From positions 32,001-96,000 of IMG/VR virus record IMGVR_UViG_3300032280_000442: 64,000 nt of DNA; one strand, given 5' to 3'. How positions within the stretch are numbered: position 1 is the stretch's first letter; each line of letters starts with the position of its first letter. The stretch comes from a virus (taxonomy: Duplodnaviria; Caudoviricetes). Position numbers and translations under genes: made by a program. This document shows, piece after piece, positions 1 through 9,960 of the stretch. Under the pieces are notes generated by a model that did not search any database, was not told the origin of the DNA, and worked only from the letters and a program-made list of their open reading frames with translations.

Positions 1-90
1 GGTTGTAGTATCAATCGATGCTCCACCGGAAGTTCCATTTGAATGTGTTTCGGCTTTGTGATTTTGTTTAACTTTTACGTTCTTTTTCAT
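1..90 (-). CDS. hypothetical protein, 5' part only (runs off window)
   Basis: ATG at 90 just after the stop of 93..377; reads MKKNVKVKQNHKAETHSNGTSGG... open to the window edge. Confidence 0.55.
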   Translation of the reverse strand, partial: MKKNVKVKQNHKAETHSNGTSGGASIDTTT

Positions 91-92
91 TA

Positions 93-377
93 TTATTTAT
101 CTTTTAATTCATTTAGCGCCTTTTCCACATACTTGTCTCGTTGTTCTTGAAGATATTTAATTTTTTCCTCCATTTCATTTCTATCTTCCTTTGTAGTTTC
201 TTGAATGTAAGCTTTTTGTTCTTCATATAACTTTTGCCAATAAGCAACTCTCTCCTCCATCATTCTACCTTGATACCAAATGATTCCCACCATAAGAATA
301 ATGGTAAAGGATTGTTCTTTAAGTTTAGAAAAAAATGTGTCAGCGAATCCCGAGACAGGGTTTGTGTTTTCAGACAT
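93..377 (-). CDS. single-TM coiled-coil membrane protein, holin/lysis-accessory candidate
   Basis: hydrophobic segment SFTIILMVGIIWY followed by a charged coil; adjacent to the endolysin. Confidence 0.55.
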   Translation of the reverse strand: MSENTNPVSGFADTFFSKLKEQSFTIILMVGIIWYQGRMMEERVAYWQKLYEEQKAYIQETTKEDRNEMEEKIKYLQEQRDKYVEKALNELKDK

Positions 378-411
378 ATTGTTTAGTTTATTTATAAATA
401 CTCGTAAAAAT

Positions 412-437
412 AAAAAACCCCTCTTTTTGGAGGGGTT
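412..437. terminator. intrinsic terminator hairpin downstream of endolysin
   Basis: aaaaaacccctc-ttttt-ggaggggtt; U-tract on the minus strand. Confidence 0.7.
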
Positions 438-443
438 AATTAA

Positions 444-1265
444 TTACTTTAATAAGTTATAATATTCTTTGAAGTGTTTAATTCTATCCGGTAATCCAAT
501 AGTTCCACCATTTACTCTTTTAGTTACTGCAGTTACAGTCGCATCATCCGCACCTTTATCACAAATAGACCATAGTTTATTTGAGTCAAAGAAGAATGCT
601 GCTGATGCCAATGGATATTTTGTTGCAACTAAATCAGGATTTGACACTGTATCTTCACCAATAAATTTAGCAAAGTTTGTATAGTTTGATTTTCCTGTTA
701 ATTGGATATAACCACGACCTCTAAACTTGAAACCATCTTTTGACGATTCATCTCCATTACCCATTCTTCCACCATATACTTTTGACGCAATTTTTTCAGG
801 GTTTCTTGCGTAAGATTCCGCTAAATTACCAGGAAAGTATTTTGGGAATATCTTTTTAAGACCATCCGCAGAATAGTTAACATTTTCTGATACCGCTTTG
901 AACCCACCTGATTCGTGACCACATTGAGCCAAAAAGTGAGCTAATCTTAATGCGTTTGTAATATTAAATTTTTTTGCAGTGTCAGGAATCTGAGCAATTA
1001 CTGCCTCAGGGATATGCCCTTTTAATTTTTCTAATTTGAATGGTCCACCTGTTGGGATAACCACATCTTCTTTAATTACTTCACCCGGAAACATTTTTTT
1101 CCAAGTTCCATCACCGACAATTCCGTCAGCGGTTAATCCATTTTTGGTTTGCCATTCTTTAACCAATTTTTCAGTACCCGGTCCGAAAGTACCGTCGGCT
1201 GCCGTTCCTAATTTTGTTTGTAATTTTTTTACATCGTCACCTTTTGACCCTACTTTTAATAACAT
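444..1265 (-). CDS. modular endolysin: peptidoglycan-binding domain + glycoside hydrolase family 19
   Basis: N-terminal DGTFGPGT/DGIVGDGTW PG-binding motifs; GH19 motifs AHFLAQCGHESG, FRGRGYIQLTGKSNY, RVNGG. Confidence 0.93.
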   Translation of the reverse strand: MLLKVGSKGDDVKKLQTKLGTAADGTFGPGTEKLVKEWQTKNGLTADGIVGDGTWKKMFPGEVIKEDVVIPTGGPFKLEKLKGHIPEAVIAQIPDTAKKFNITNALRLAHFLAQCGHESGGFKAVSENVNYSADGLKKIFPKYFPGNLAESYARNPEKIASKVYGGRMGNGDESSKDGFKFRGRGYIQLTGKSNYTNFAKFIGEDTVSNPDLVATKYPLASAAFFFDSNKLWSICDKGADDATVTAVTKRVNGGTIGLPDRIKHFKEYYNLLK

Positions 1266-1302
1266 AATTTTTAATTTAATTGTTTATTTATTCATAAATA
1301 TC

Positions 1303-2973
1303 TTAATATCCGATTGAGGTTGAATTTGAATAACCGGTATTAATTAAATAATAATTTGATGACCCCCCATTTACAGGAGAGTTTATTGTTATACTTTGAA
1401 CACCCGGATATGTTGCACGTAAATCCGTTGTTGATGTGTTTATTATATTGTATTGAGCCACAGTGAACAGTCGTGTATTAGGTAATAAAGCATTCCAAGT
1501 GGGTAGTCTACCTATCCTTTTCATAAAGATGTAATATGTGTCAGATATATTAATTCTACTATCATTATTTACATCATAACGATAATAATCTAATGAGGTG
1601 AATGTTCTTGAGATTGCTTTGGTATTCGCACCATAAGCATCACTATTTTGTAATGTAGTTACCGGAGTTGGAGCATCAATAACAAAATACCATTCTGTTG
1701 CTGGATTTGACGTTTCATTAATTACATATCTACCGTTAACATCTGTATAAACAGTTTTATGTAAAACCCAAGGCGTAAAATCAACGATGTAGTCAAATTC
1801 CAATACATAGTTTAATGAACTATTATTATTTAAATCGTTCCATTTTCCACCACCAACAAATTGTGCGTAATCTTCCCCACTAGAATCATTAGGTTCCCCA
1901 CCATTCCAATTGGAATATGGATAAATACCATATCTGTATGCGTAAAGGTTATACATTCTATTAACCTCATCAGCGGTGATACCTCTATCAAATACTTGGA
2001 AATCTCCTAATCTAAACGCTCCGTAAGCACCTGAACCCATATGAGTTGTATCCGTTAATCCAATACCATAATACAACCCATTCCCACTTTGTTGTGGTGA
2101 TGTTCTAGCTGTCACCACAGAACCAAAACTCACACCATTTTTATATCCTGTTAATCTTGTTCCATCATAAGTGAACCCAACTAAATTCCAAGTGTTTAGT
2201 GTAATTGGGGTATTTAATGATACAATATTACTATTCCAAATACCAACTCTTAAAGTATTACCACCTGTAATTTCAATTTGAGAATCGTGCCAACCTGAAG
2301 TTGGCGTTCCTTGACCTAATTCAGTAACAATAACACCATTTCCTGTAGGATATATCCACATCATTAACGATGTTGTAACACCCGGAACTTTTGATGCTAA
2401 ATTCCCTGTCATCGCATATTGATTTACTCCATTAAAAGTTAAATACTTTCCTGATGTACTTGTATATGTTGGTGAATTTACTAAAGTAGCATTAACAGCC
2501 CCTTTAATATCAACTAATGAAGTCCCTGATGTATAAGACGAAACATCATAATCCGCCTGAAGTCCATTTGAAACAGGAAGTTCAGTCCATCTATATCCAC
2601 CTAAAGGTTCTGAATAAAAATAACCAGACGCTCTGTCCTGATAATATCCAAACCAACCACTTGGCCAAGTATTAAAAACGAATGTATTTTCTGCAGCATT
2701 AGACATTGTAACCAAATGTCCATTCATCGCCTCACAATTTGATTTTGCTGCCGTCCAAGTTGCAGTCCCTGTTGAACGATAATATGAGTGTCCATTATAG
2801 TTTGTTTGAGATGTAAAACCAACTAAAGTTGGTGTAGTTCTTTTATATAATTTAACAGGTACGTTTGAAGCTCCTAAACCTCCAGCATTGTAAATGTATC
2901 CTGAATATGTCATATTTTGACCACATATTAGGACTGAACTGAAAAAAAATAATATAAAAAATATTTGTTTCAT
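1303..2973 (-). CDS. secreted protein: C-type lectin domain with inserted LamG-like domain, plus dockerin
   Basis: signal peptide; CTL halves NGHSYY..W..A...C...GHLVT and NWNGGEPND..EDY....GKWND; LamG motif WNLVGFTYDG..L.GYKNG; dockerin-like DVNNDSRINISD. Confidence 0.75.
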   Translation of the reverse strand: MKQIFFILFFFSSVLICGQNMTYSGYIYNAGGLGASNVPVKLYKRTTPTLVGFTSQTNYNGHSYYRSTGTATWTAAKSNCEAMNGHLVTMSNAAENTFVFNTWPSGWFGYYQDRASGYFYSEPLGGYRWTELPVSNGLQADYDVSSYTSGTSLVDIKGAVNATLVNSPTYTSTSGKYLTFNGVNQYAMTGNLASKVPGVTTSLMMWIYPTGNGVIVTELGQGTPTSGWHDSQIEITGGNTLRVGIWNSNIVSLNTPITLNTWNLVGFTYDGTRLTGYKNGVSFGSVVTARTSPQQSGNGLYYGIGLTDTTHMGSGAYGAFRLGDFQVFDRGITADEVNRMYNLYAYRYGIYPYSNWNGGEPNDSSGEDYAQFVGGGKWNDLNNNSSLNYVLEFDYIVDFTPWVLHKTVYTDVNGRYVINETSNPATEWYFVIDAPTPVTTLQNSDAYGANTKAISRTFTSLDYYRYDVNNDSRINISDTYYIFMKRIGRLPTWNALLPNTRLFTVAQYNIINTSTTDLRATYPGVQSITINSPVNGGSSNYYLINTGYSNSTSIGY

Positions 2974-3422
2974 TAAAAATCAGATAATGCTTCTTGAATC
3001 CCTTTCTTTAATGCCGATGAAAATGCTGATTTCTCAAATGGTAAATTTTCATCCTGCAATTCAATAAACGTTGACTGAACATCTGTGTTTGAATCACCTT
3101 GTCCAAAATAATCATCACCATTAATAGTTATCTTTACTTTAACAATGGTTTTTTTTCTTTTTTTCTCAAATGGACCTAAAGATAAACCTGTAGATGGTGC
3201 GTCAATGCTTAAAATAATAACCTCAACCGGTTTACCATTTTCACATATAGAATGTTTAACTGATAATATTTCTTCAGTTATTTGTTTTACCCCCAATGTA
3301 AATCTTTTAGGGTTAATTCCTTCAATTTCTCCGTTATTCTCAACATTCGTTACAGAATAACATTTTTGAGAGTAAGATGTTGTTATGAATAACAACCCGA
3401 TAAGTAATAATAATTTTTTCAT
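2973..3422 (-). CDS. secreted protein, small CsgG/TolB_N-like fold candidate
   Basis: signal peptide; C-terminal FEKSAFSSALKK parallels FNQSTIGTSTKK in 5296..6009. Confidence 0.5.
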   Translation of the reverse strand: MKKLLLLIGLLFITTSYSQKCYSVTNVENNGEIEGINPKRFTLGVKQITEEILSVKHSICENGKPVEVIILSIDAPSTGLSLGPFEKKRKKTIVKVKITINGDDYFGQGDSNTDVQSTFIELQDENLPFEKSAFSSALKKGIQEALSDF

Positions 3423-4933
3423 AAAAATGCTTTAGCCCCTATTAGGACTTGATAGTTTAATGTTTTATCGTTTATTTGATTTACACCACTAAAACTTAAG
3501 TTTAATTTAAATTTTTTGGTTAATTTATAATCTATCGCCATAAATGGAACCGCAATATATCCTGACTGATTCCACATTCCTTCGTAAAAGAAAACATATG
3601 GTGAATATACCATAACAAACATTGTTGTCATTCCAAAATTCTTGTTAACCTTAAAAGTTCCAATAAGACCTGCTAACGTGGATAAACTTTGGAATTTTGA
3701 ATCTCCAAGATTACCCATAGTGTAATTAACACCAGCAGTACCTGTTATTTTACCAAATTGATAAGATTCCATAACAGATGTTGTATTAAAGAAATCTTTT
3801 TCAAAATTCATCATTGATGAATTTGCTATAATAGTGGTTAACTTTTTCTTTCTAAACGACATAAACAGTGTTATATTTGAATTGTTGACCGTACTTGTAA
3901 AATTAATTAACGCCCCTTTAGCAAATGTGTTTTTAGTATTAGACATAATAATACTAGCGTTAACCCTAACTTGTGTTGGGTCAACACCATCAGCACTTGA
4001 TATTGTAACAATATCTCCTGTCATCATAACACTACCTTGTTTAACCGCAGCAACTTTACTTTTAGTTCCGGAAGAACTTTGTGAGGAAGAACTTTGAGCA
4101 TCTTCTTTAGCTTGTTCTTGTTTTTCGTTTTTTTCGTTAGTATCTGCCTTGACAGCATTTGCACCACCAGCTAAATTTCCACCACCACTACCTCCTGTGG
4201 AATTATTAGTATTTGGTGTTGTGGGGTTATTAGTATTTGGTGTTACAGATGGCTGAGACGACTGACTTCCTGTTGAAGTTGGGTTATTTGTAGTTGTAGT
4301 CGTTCCTCCTTGCGGATTAGAGCTTCCTCCAACTCCTGAACTAGTGTTTTGATTTCCCCCGCTTTGCGAAGTTCCTGTATTTCCACCAGTAGTCGTTGAA
4401 TTTCCTCCGTTATTATTAGTTGTTGTTGTTCCATTAGTATTGTTATTACTTTTATCCTTATTCTCATTACTATTATTATTGTTGTCAGTAACTTTTTCAT
4501 CTGCTTGGACAATTCCTCCAATTGTTGAACCACCAACAGACGATACTGTTGAAGTTACCGTTGATGATGCAACAGAAGTAATACTCGACAGTGTTGATAA
4601 TACGCTTGTTAATACTGCAATATTGTTTGTTGCAATTGTTGCGTTTACAGTAACATTTTGTGCTAAACCAACACCACTACAAGGACCTGAAGGGTTTGCA
4701 GAATTAACTTGGTTAATCCATAGTTGGACGGCTCCGGATTGTAATTGAGCCGGTGTAAAAGTTTGGGTTTGACCCCCGTAAAATAAGGCTGTATTCCCGT
4801 TGGGATTGTCTATATAAATTTCATTTGTTTTCGATGTGCAGGGGTCTTCGTATGAATATACAAACCCCTGCCCCATTGAATAAAGTGACGAGATTAAAAA
4901 AAGAAATAGTAAAATACCTTTTTTTATCATCAT
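3419..4933 (-). CDS. secreted/outer-membrane protein with N/T/G/S-rich linker and C-terminal beta-barrel-like region
   Basis: signal peptide, long low-complexity linker, alternating-hydrophobic strands ending YQVLIGAKAFL. Confidence 0.6.
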   Translation of the reverse strand: MMIKKGILLFLFLISSLYSMGQGFVYSYEDPCTSKTNEIYIDNPNGNTALFYGGQTQTFTPAQLQSGAVQLWINQVNSANPSGPCSGVGLAQNVTVNATIATNNIAVLTSVLSTLSSITSVASSTVTSTVSSVGGSTIGGIVQADEKVTDNNNNSNENKDKSNNNTNGTTTTNNNGGNSTTTGGNTGTSQSGGNQNTSSGVGGSSNPQGGTTTTTNNPTSTGSQSSQPSVTPNTNNPTTPNTNNSTGGSGGGNLAGGANAVKADTNEKNEKQEQAKEDAQSSSSQSSSGTKSKVAAVKQGSVMMTGDIVTISSADGVDPTQVRVNASIIMSNTKNTFAKGALINFTSTVNNSNITLFMSFRKKKLTTIIANSSMMNFEKDFFNTTSVMESYQFGKITGTAGVNYTMGNLGDSKFQSLSTLAGLIGTFKVNKNFGMTTMFVMVYSPYVFFYEGMWNQSGYIAVPFMAIDYKLTKKFKLNLSFSGVNQINDKTLNYQVLIGAKAFL

Positions 4934-4937
4934 TTTT

Positions 4938-5288
4938 TTAATTGTCTAATGTTGAGGATAATGAAACACCATCTTCTTCATCAACTTTTTGAATTAACAT
5001 TTTATCTCTGTCTTCAGAATTGAACCAATAGTCAACAACTTTATTTAAGTTACCTACAAAGGCACCTAATAAAATTAATAACATTTCTTTCCAATCTTCA
5101 CCAATAGATGCCCCTAAAAAGACACCCGCATTGATACCAACAATAATTAGGGTAAATAACCCTAACACGATTGCAGTAATTCTCCAACGATTAGTTTGCA
5201 TTTCTAACAACATATTATAAAATCTGTTGTTTTGGTCTAAAACAGGTGATGGTTTACCAACACCTAAAAATTTACCTAATTTACCCAT
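4938..5288 (-). CDS. two-TM membrane protein
   Basis: two hydrophobic helices (ITAIVLGLFTLIIVGI; MLLILLGAFVG) then DYWF. Confidence 0.6.
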   Translation of the reverse strand: MGKLGKFLGVGKPSPVLDQNNRFYNMLLEMQTNRWRITAIVLGLFTLIIVGINAGVFLGASIGEDWKEMLLILLGAFVGNLNKVVDYWFNSEDRDKMLIQKVDEEDGVSLSSTLDN

Positions 5289-5295
5289 AATTTAT

Positions 5296-6009
5296 TTAAC
5301 TCTTAAAGACACCCTTTTTAATTAATTTAGTTATTACTCTTGATGATGCCGTTTCAAGAGCTTTTTTTGTTGATGTACCAATTGTTGATTGGTTAAATTT
5401 AATTTCATCAAGACCATCTAATAATGATGCGGTTTTAACTGTTGATGCTTCACCTAATCCACTACCTGTAATAATTTCTCCGGTTTGAGCATCCACAAAT
5501 CTAACTTGTAAACCTAATCTTGTTGTTTGAGTTGTTTTTGAACCATCAGTCATTTTTATTTCTTCATCTTCAGACACTGAAAAATCATAAACTTCAATGT
5601 ACACAAAGTAGTTTGCCAATATAACATTTCCTTTAACTTCAATTTTGTTACTTGAAATACCTTTATCGGACGCTTTGTCCTGTGCAATCATTTTGTTTTT
5701 AATTTCAGCCTTATCTTCAGTAAACTTAAATCTATCTGTTGATTCTAAAAACTCTAATACGATATTCGCAACCCCAAGCCCAACACGTTTGTCTTTTAAC
5801 TCAGGATACATCTCATATAGTTCTTCGTTTATACCGATTTTTAAGACCTGTATTGGAATAACAATGTCTCCGGTGTAATTACTTACCACATCAATAGATT
5901 GTTTCTTCTCAAAGTCTGCTTTATATTCCTCTGTTTTAATAGTTCCTATGGTTTGACCAACTGAGAAGAAACTAACTAATAAAGTTGTTATTAAAAATAA
6001 CTTCTTCAT
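5296..6009 (-). CDS. CsgG/curli-assembly-like (TolB_N/FlgO-like fold) secreted protein
   Basis: start moved to MKKLFLI (6009), giving a signal peptide; LESTDRF.F.E and LQVRFVDAQTGEI motifs typical of CsgG-like proteins. Confidence 0.7.
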   Translation of the reverse strand: MKKLFLITTLLVSFFSVGQTIGTIKTEEYKADFEKKQSIDVVSNYTGDIVIPIQVLKIGINEELYEMYPELKDKRVGLGVANIVLEFLESTDRFKFTEDKAEIKNKMIAQDKASDKGISSNKIEVKGNVILANYFVYIEVYDFSVSEDEEIKMTDGSKTTQTTRLGLQVRFVDAQTGEIITGSGLGEASTVKTASLLDGLDEIKFNQSTIGTSTKKALETASSRVITKLIKKGVFKS

Positions 6010-6010
6010 C

Positions 6011-6349
6011 TTACCAAGGGTCTTCTTCTTTTGGTTTAGCAGGTACCGCAACAGGTTGTGCTGCCGGAGCTTGTTTTTCTACGGTTTTTTCTTTAATAAT
6101 TGTTGTAGTTCCACCACCTTGTTGTTTTTGTTGGTTAGTATTATTATTTTCTAAATTGATAACAACAGGTGCTGCCGGAGCCGCTTGTTCTGTTTTCACA
6201 CCACCTTCTTCTTCAGAGTGACCTCCGAAAAGCTGTGTACTTAACCAAACACCTCCTCCCGCTACCACAGTAGTTAAGGTTCCGATTATTGTTTTTTTCA
6301 ACCCAGACCAACTTCCGTCTGATTCAGGTACATTTGTTTCTTCTGACAT
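6011..6349 (-). CDS. single-TM protein with Pro/Ala-rich tail
   Basis: TM IIGTLTTVVAGGGVWL; in operon with the CsgG-like gene. Confidence 0.6.
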   Translation of the reverse strand: MSEETNVPESDGSWSGLKKTIIGTLTTVVAGGGVWLSTQLFGGHSEEEGGVKTEQAAPAAPVVINLENNNTNQQKQQGGGTTTIIKEKTVEKQAPAAQPVAVPAKPKEEDPW

Positions 6350-6411
6350 TTTAATTTATTTTTATTGTTTATTTTCCTTGTAAGGCTATGGGGTCTTAAC
6401 GACCCCGTGAA

Positions 6412-8301
6412 TTATTTTTTAATTATAATTTTTGATGTAAGAGGTAAATCTTTTTTTCTTAATACCGCAACGTATTCACCACTTGGTAAATAACCTAAAT
6501 TGGCCATATAATTGTAATCTCCCTTCGGCATTGATTTATTAACAATCACCTGAAGTTCTTTACCATCTAAAGAATAGATACCTAACCAAGTACTTCCATT
6601 TTCAGTAACTCTAAATCTAACATTTACTAAATCCTCAACAGGATTTGGGTAAACCACCATAGTTTCGTTTAATTCTCCAACATTAGCAATTTTCATAATT
6701 GTAACAATTCCGTCAGTTGGTGTAATTTTAAAATCTTTCGCAGAAGGATTACCTGCGTGTTTTCTAGTTACATATAAAGGACTTACACCCCAATTACTTT
6801 GAATTTGTCTTGAAATGAATTGTAGAGTAAAAGCCAATTCATTGTCTTGTAACAATTTCGTATTTAAAGTTGGGTCATATCCTCCCCATTCAACAACATT
6901 GTTATTTGGATTCATAAATGAAACCCAACTTCCAATTTTTGATTCAAGTTTGATACCTCTAAAGTCTAATAAGTTACTATCGTAGTTCATAGCCAATTGT
7001 AATGAACCTAATTGTTGTCCGTTTGTTTTCACAGATACAGGAATTTCAACTAAGTTCTCAGTGTTTACTGATAAGTTTGGGTAATGAACTTCAATTGTGT
7101 TTAATGTGTTATCATCGTATGTTGTAGTAACATCAATGATGTGTAACGGAGCGTTAGCAGGGTTTAGAATTTCAATTGGTGTCATACGAGCCATTTGGAA
7201 TCCTGTACCGTTTGCATCACCCGGAGCCGCAACGTAGAATGTTACTGAGTTTGCAGAACCTGGTAAGATATTGAAAACTAAATCAGTTACACCCGGAATT
7301 GTTGATTGTAAAGATGATGTTGCACCGTTGATAGACGCATATTCTGAAGCTGAGAAGAATTTAACATCTTTAACCGAGTTAGGCCAAGAAGTAAATCTAC
7401 CTGATACTCTTCCAAATACACTATAAACATCAGATACAGTAATATTATTATCACCATTTGCATCAGCAGTGTAAAAATCAAATCCTGTTGGTACGTCTTG
7501 ACCTAACACGAATCTATTGATTTTTTGTGAATCAGACACAGAGATAATGTTTCCTGTCGCCAATGTTGACCCGTCAACTCTAATTCTAACATCCCAACTT
7601 GTAATATCAATTGGTAAGTTAGTAAAAGTAAAAGCTCCATCAACATTTGTTGTTGAAGTTGTTACTGTCGACCAAGTTGAAGAGGTCATTAATTTTTTCT
7701 CTAATATAACAGGGATGTTTTTAGCACCTGAGCCAGTTACGTTAGTGAATGTACCACTATAAGTGAATGTTTGTGGTAAAAATACACCACCAAAGTTTTC
7801 TAAAGTCAATGCGTAATCCATACCCGCTTGAGTTGTTGCCGTTTGAGGGAATGTTTGTACACCTGAAAAAGTCATTGGTGTTGTTGATGTTAACGAAGCA
7901 AAACCTGCAACGTGAGTTAAGTTTAACTTAACAAACGCACCGTTAGGTATCGTAAACGAAGGTAAGTTTCCAGTATATGACATTGTGATTGTCACATAAC
8001 CCGCAGTTGGGTTATCTACGAATTGTAGATACTGAGCATAAGATTCATTCAATGATGTTACGTTTGAAATACCTGAAAAGGTATTTTTGTCGTAAAACAC
8101 CCTGAATTGAGCTGCCGTAATAAGTTGTGGGGTGTTATTGTAAAAACACAGACCCACATCTGTACTACCCGCAGTCGTTGTTGCTAGTTGATAGGTTGCG
8201 TCAAGTGTCACGAACACCCCTGTCGTACTTGGGGTCGGACAAACCTGTGCGAAACCTACTAAACCAACAAACAAAAATAGTAAGGTTACTAATTTTTTCA
8301 T
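6412..8301 (-). CDS. cohesin-dockerin-cohesin protein with type IX secretion C-terminal domain
   Basis: signal peptide; cohesin-like ITAAQFRVFYD and LGSLQLAMNYDSNLL; dockerin ADANGDNNITVSD; T9SS CTD VYPNP...IYSLDGK...LPSGEY...KIIIKK. Confidence 0.8.
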   Translation of the reverse strand: MKKLVTLLFLFVGLVGFAQVCPTPSTTGVFVTLDATYQLATTTAGSTDVGLCFYNNTPQLITAAQFRVFYDKNTFSGISNVTSLNESYAQYLQFVDNPTAGYVTITMSYTGNLPSFTIPNGAFVKLNLTHVAGFASLTSTTPMTFSGVQTFPQTATTQAGMDYALTLENFGGVFLPQTFTYSGTFTNVTGSGAKNIPVILEKKLMTSSTWSTVTTSTTNVDGAFTFTNLPIDITSWDVRIRVDGSTLATGNIISVSDSQKINRFVLGQDVPTGFDFYTADANGDNNITVSDVYSVFGRVSGRFTSWPNSVKDVKFFSASEYASINGATSSLQSTIPGVTDLVFNILPGSANSVTFYVAAPGDANGTGFQMARMTPIEILNPANAPLHIIDVTTTYDDNTLNTIEVHYPNLSVNTENLVEIPVSVKTNGQQLGSLQLAMNYDSNLLDFRGIKLESKIGSWVSFMNPNNNVVEWGGYDPTLNTKLLQDNELAFTLQFISRQIQSNWGVSPLYVTRKHAGNPSAKDFKITPTDGIVTIMKIANVGELNETMVVYPNPVEDLVNVRFRVTENGSTWLGIYSLDGKELQVIVNKSMPKGDYNYMANLGYLPSGEYVAVLRKKDLPLTSKIIIKK

Positions 8302-8397
8302 TTAGGTTTTTTTTGTTTTAAATTTATTTACTCTGATGATAAATATCATAAAAAAACAATATAGAACTAATAATAAACTATTTATTTAAAAAAAATT

Positions 8398-8844
8398 ATG
8401 AAACATCTTGTATTATTATTCTTACTATTATTTAACTATAACGTTGTAGGACAAATTAACATAGATAATGTTGGTGATGGCTGGGTTAATAAAGTTAAAC
8501 AAGCGTTAACCCTAATTAAACACATTGATAATGATAAATACAACACCTTAATTGAGGTTTGTGACCACGTAACCTTTTGGAATGGGAATTTCTCAACAAC
8601 CGAAGATTCTCACACAATTATGATATCCCAAGCGGATATAATGAGGGGTTCTGTTAATAATGTAGCAGCAGTTTTAGTACACGAATCAAGACATTTGTAT
8701 TTTAGAAAACACGGAATTAAAATGAAAGAAATTGATGAGGAAACTTTGGCTTATATGTATGAGTTAGATTTTTTAAAACAAATTCCGAATGTCGAACAAT
8801 ATTTAATTGATAATGCAAAAAAAAGAATGGTTAATCCAAAATAA
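8398..8844 (+). CDS. secreted HExxH metallopeptidase-like protein
   Basis: signal peptide; LVHESRH with downstream EE. Confidence 0.55.
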   Translation: MKHLVLLFLLLFNYNVVGQINIDNVGDGWVNKVKQALTLIKHIDNDKYNTLIEVCDHVTFWNGNFSTTEDSHTIMISQADIMRGSVNNVAAVLVHESRHLYFRKHGIKMKEIDEETLAYMYELDFLKQIPNVEQYLIDNAKKRMVNPK

Positions 8845-8850
8845 AAAAGG

Positions 8851-9036
8851 TTACTTATTTAAAGTAACCTTTCTTGTGACCTTTTTGGTTTTAACCACCG
8901 GTCGTTTATATTTTATCTCAACCTCATAAGGCCCAAATTTATTTTTTGAAGTATCGTATCTCCAAATAATAGTTTCATCAGGGTCATCAAAAATTTGTTC
9001 CCACTTTTTTCCTAAATCTTTTACAACTATACCCAT
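8851..9036 (-). CDS. hypothetical protein
   Basis: start moved to MGIVVK, downstream of TATCTTTG promoter at 9054-9061. Confidence 0.5.
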   Translation of the reverse strand: MGIVVKDLGKKWEQIFDDPDETIIWRYDTSKNKFGPYEVEIKYKRPVVKTKKVTRKVTLNK

Positions 9037-9102
9037 AACATTTAAATATTTGACAAAGATATATAAAAAAATAAAAACCCCCAAATATTGAGGGTTATTT
9101 TT

Positions 9103-9960
9103 TTATTCTTCAACTGTTTCCATCAGTTTTTGATATATTTCTTGTTTTTTTTCTTTATTCATCTCGTATGCTCTCGCCAATCTTGTTAAACCAATTCCGG
9201 CACCAAAACGAGGGAAGAAATCTAAAGATAAAAAGTCTTCTAATTCTTTCTCAACTCTGTCTTTACCAAATAATTCAAACAACTTGGCAGAATAACCTCC
9301 ATTTTCAATTGTGTAAAACATTTCTTTCATCTTTTGAACATCACAACTTCTCTCAGCTGAACCAATAGTTTCTTGTCCAAACATAATAACGTCAACTTTA
9401 TTAAAAATGTTATCTTCCCCGTGTTTCATATTCCAAAATGGGTTAGTTCGGATTGGGAAGTTTTGAAGTGAAATAATGTCTCCTTTTTCATTCCACATTC
9501 TTGATTCGTGTTCATCTTCTAATATTTGAACACCACCATATTCTTCACACACATCCTCATAATTAACTTCAACCGGAGTTGTGAATCCTAAAAATTGCAA
9601 CAATTCAAGTTCTAACGCAACCAAATCTTCCATAGTTCCTTTTGATTCGAATTCAAACATTGGAAAGATTAATTCGTGGCGACCCGGGATTGGGTTTTTT
9701 TCTTCTCTGTATGATGTTGAAATACAGAATACCCCGTCCCATTCAGGATTTTTTAATAATTCATATTCCAACCACATTTGTCCGGTTTGTGGTAATGGCC
9801 AAATTTCCCCACTATATTCAAATGTTTTTACTGAATGTGGATTTTCGCAAGCAGCTAAAATAGATAATCGTGATTGAGATGGAACCTCAATAAAGTTCTT
9901 GTTAACAAAGAACGTTCTCATTTTTTGTACCAATTCGTGGTAAGTTTTTGTGTTTTTCAT
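9103..9960 (-). CDS. class II aaRS catalytic core only (AsnRS2 / archaeal-type asparagine synthetase-like)
   Basis: motif 2 SYREE...GRH..F...EFE; motif 3 GAGIGLTRL; GQETIGSAER; no anticodon-binding OB domain. Confidence 0.8.
   Translation of the reverse strand: MKNTKTYHELVQKMRTFFVNKNFIEVPSQSRLSILAACENPHSVKTFEYSGEIWPLPQTGQMWLEYELLKNPEWDGVFCISTSYREEKNPIPGRHELIFPMFEFESKGTMEDLVALELELLQFLGFTTPVEVNYEDVCEEYGGVQILEDEHESRMWNEKGDIISLQNFPIRTNPFWNMKHGEDNIFNKVDVIMFGQETIGSAERSCDVQKMKEMFYTIENGGYSAKLFELFGKDRVEKELEDFLSLDFFPRFGAGIGLTRLARAYEMNKEKKQEIYQKLMETVEE

Noticed and set aside
280-8321. Plus-strand ORFs (280, 469, 1036, 3145, 3834, 4440, 5645, 5985, 7517, 8127)
   Set aside because: Antisense shadows of well-supported minus-strand genes
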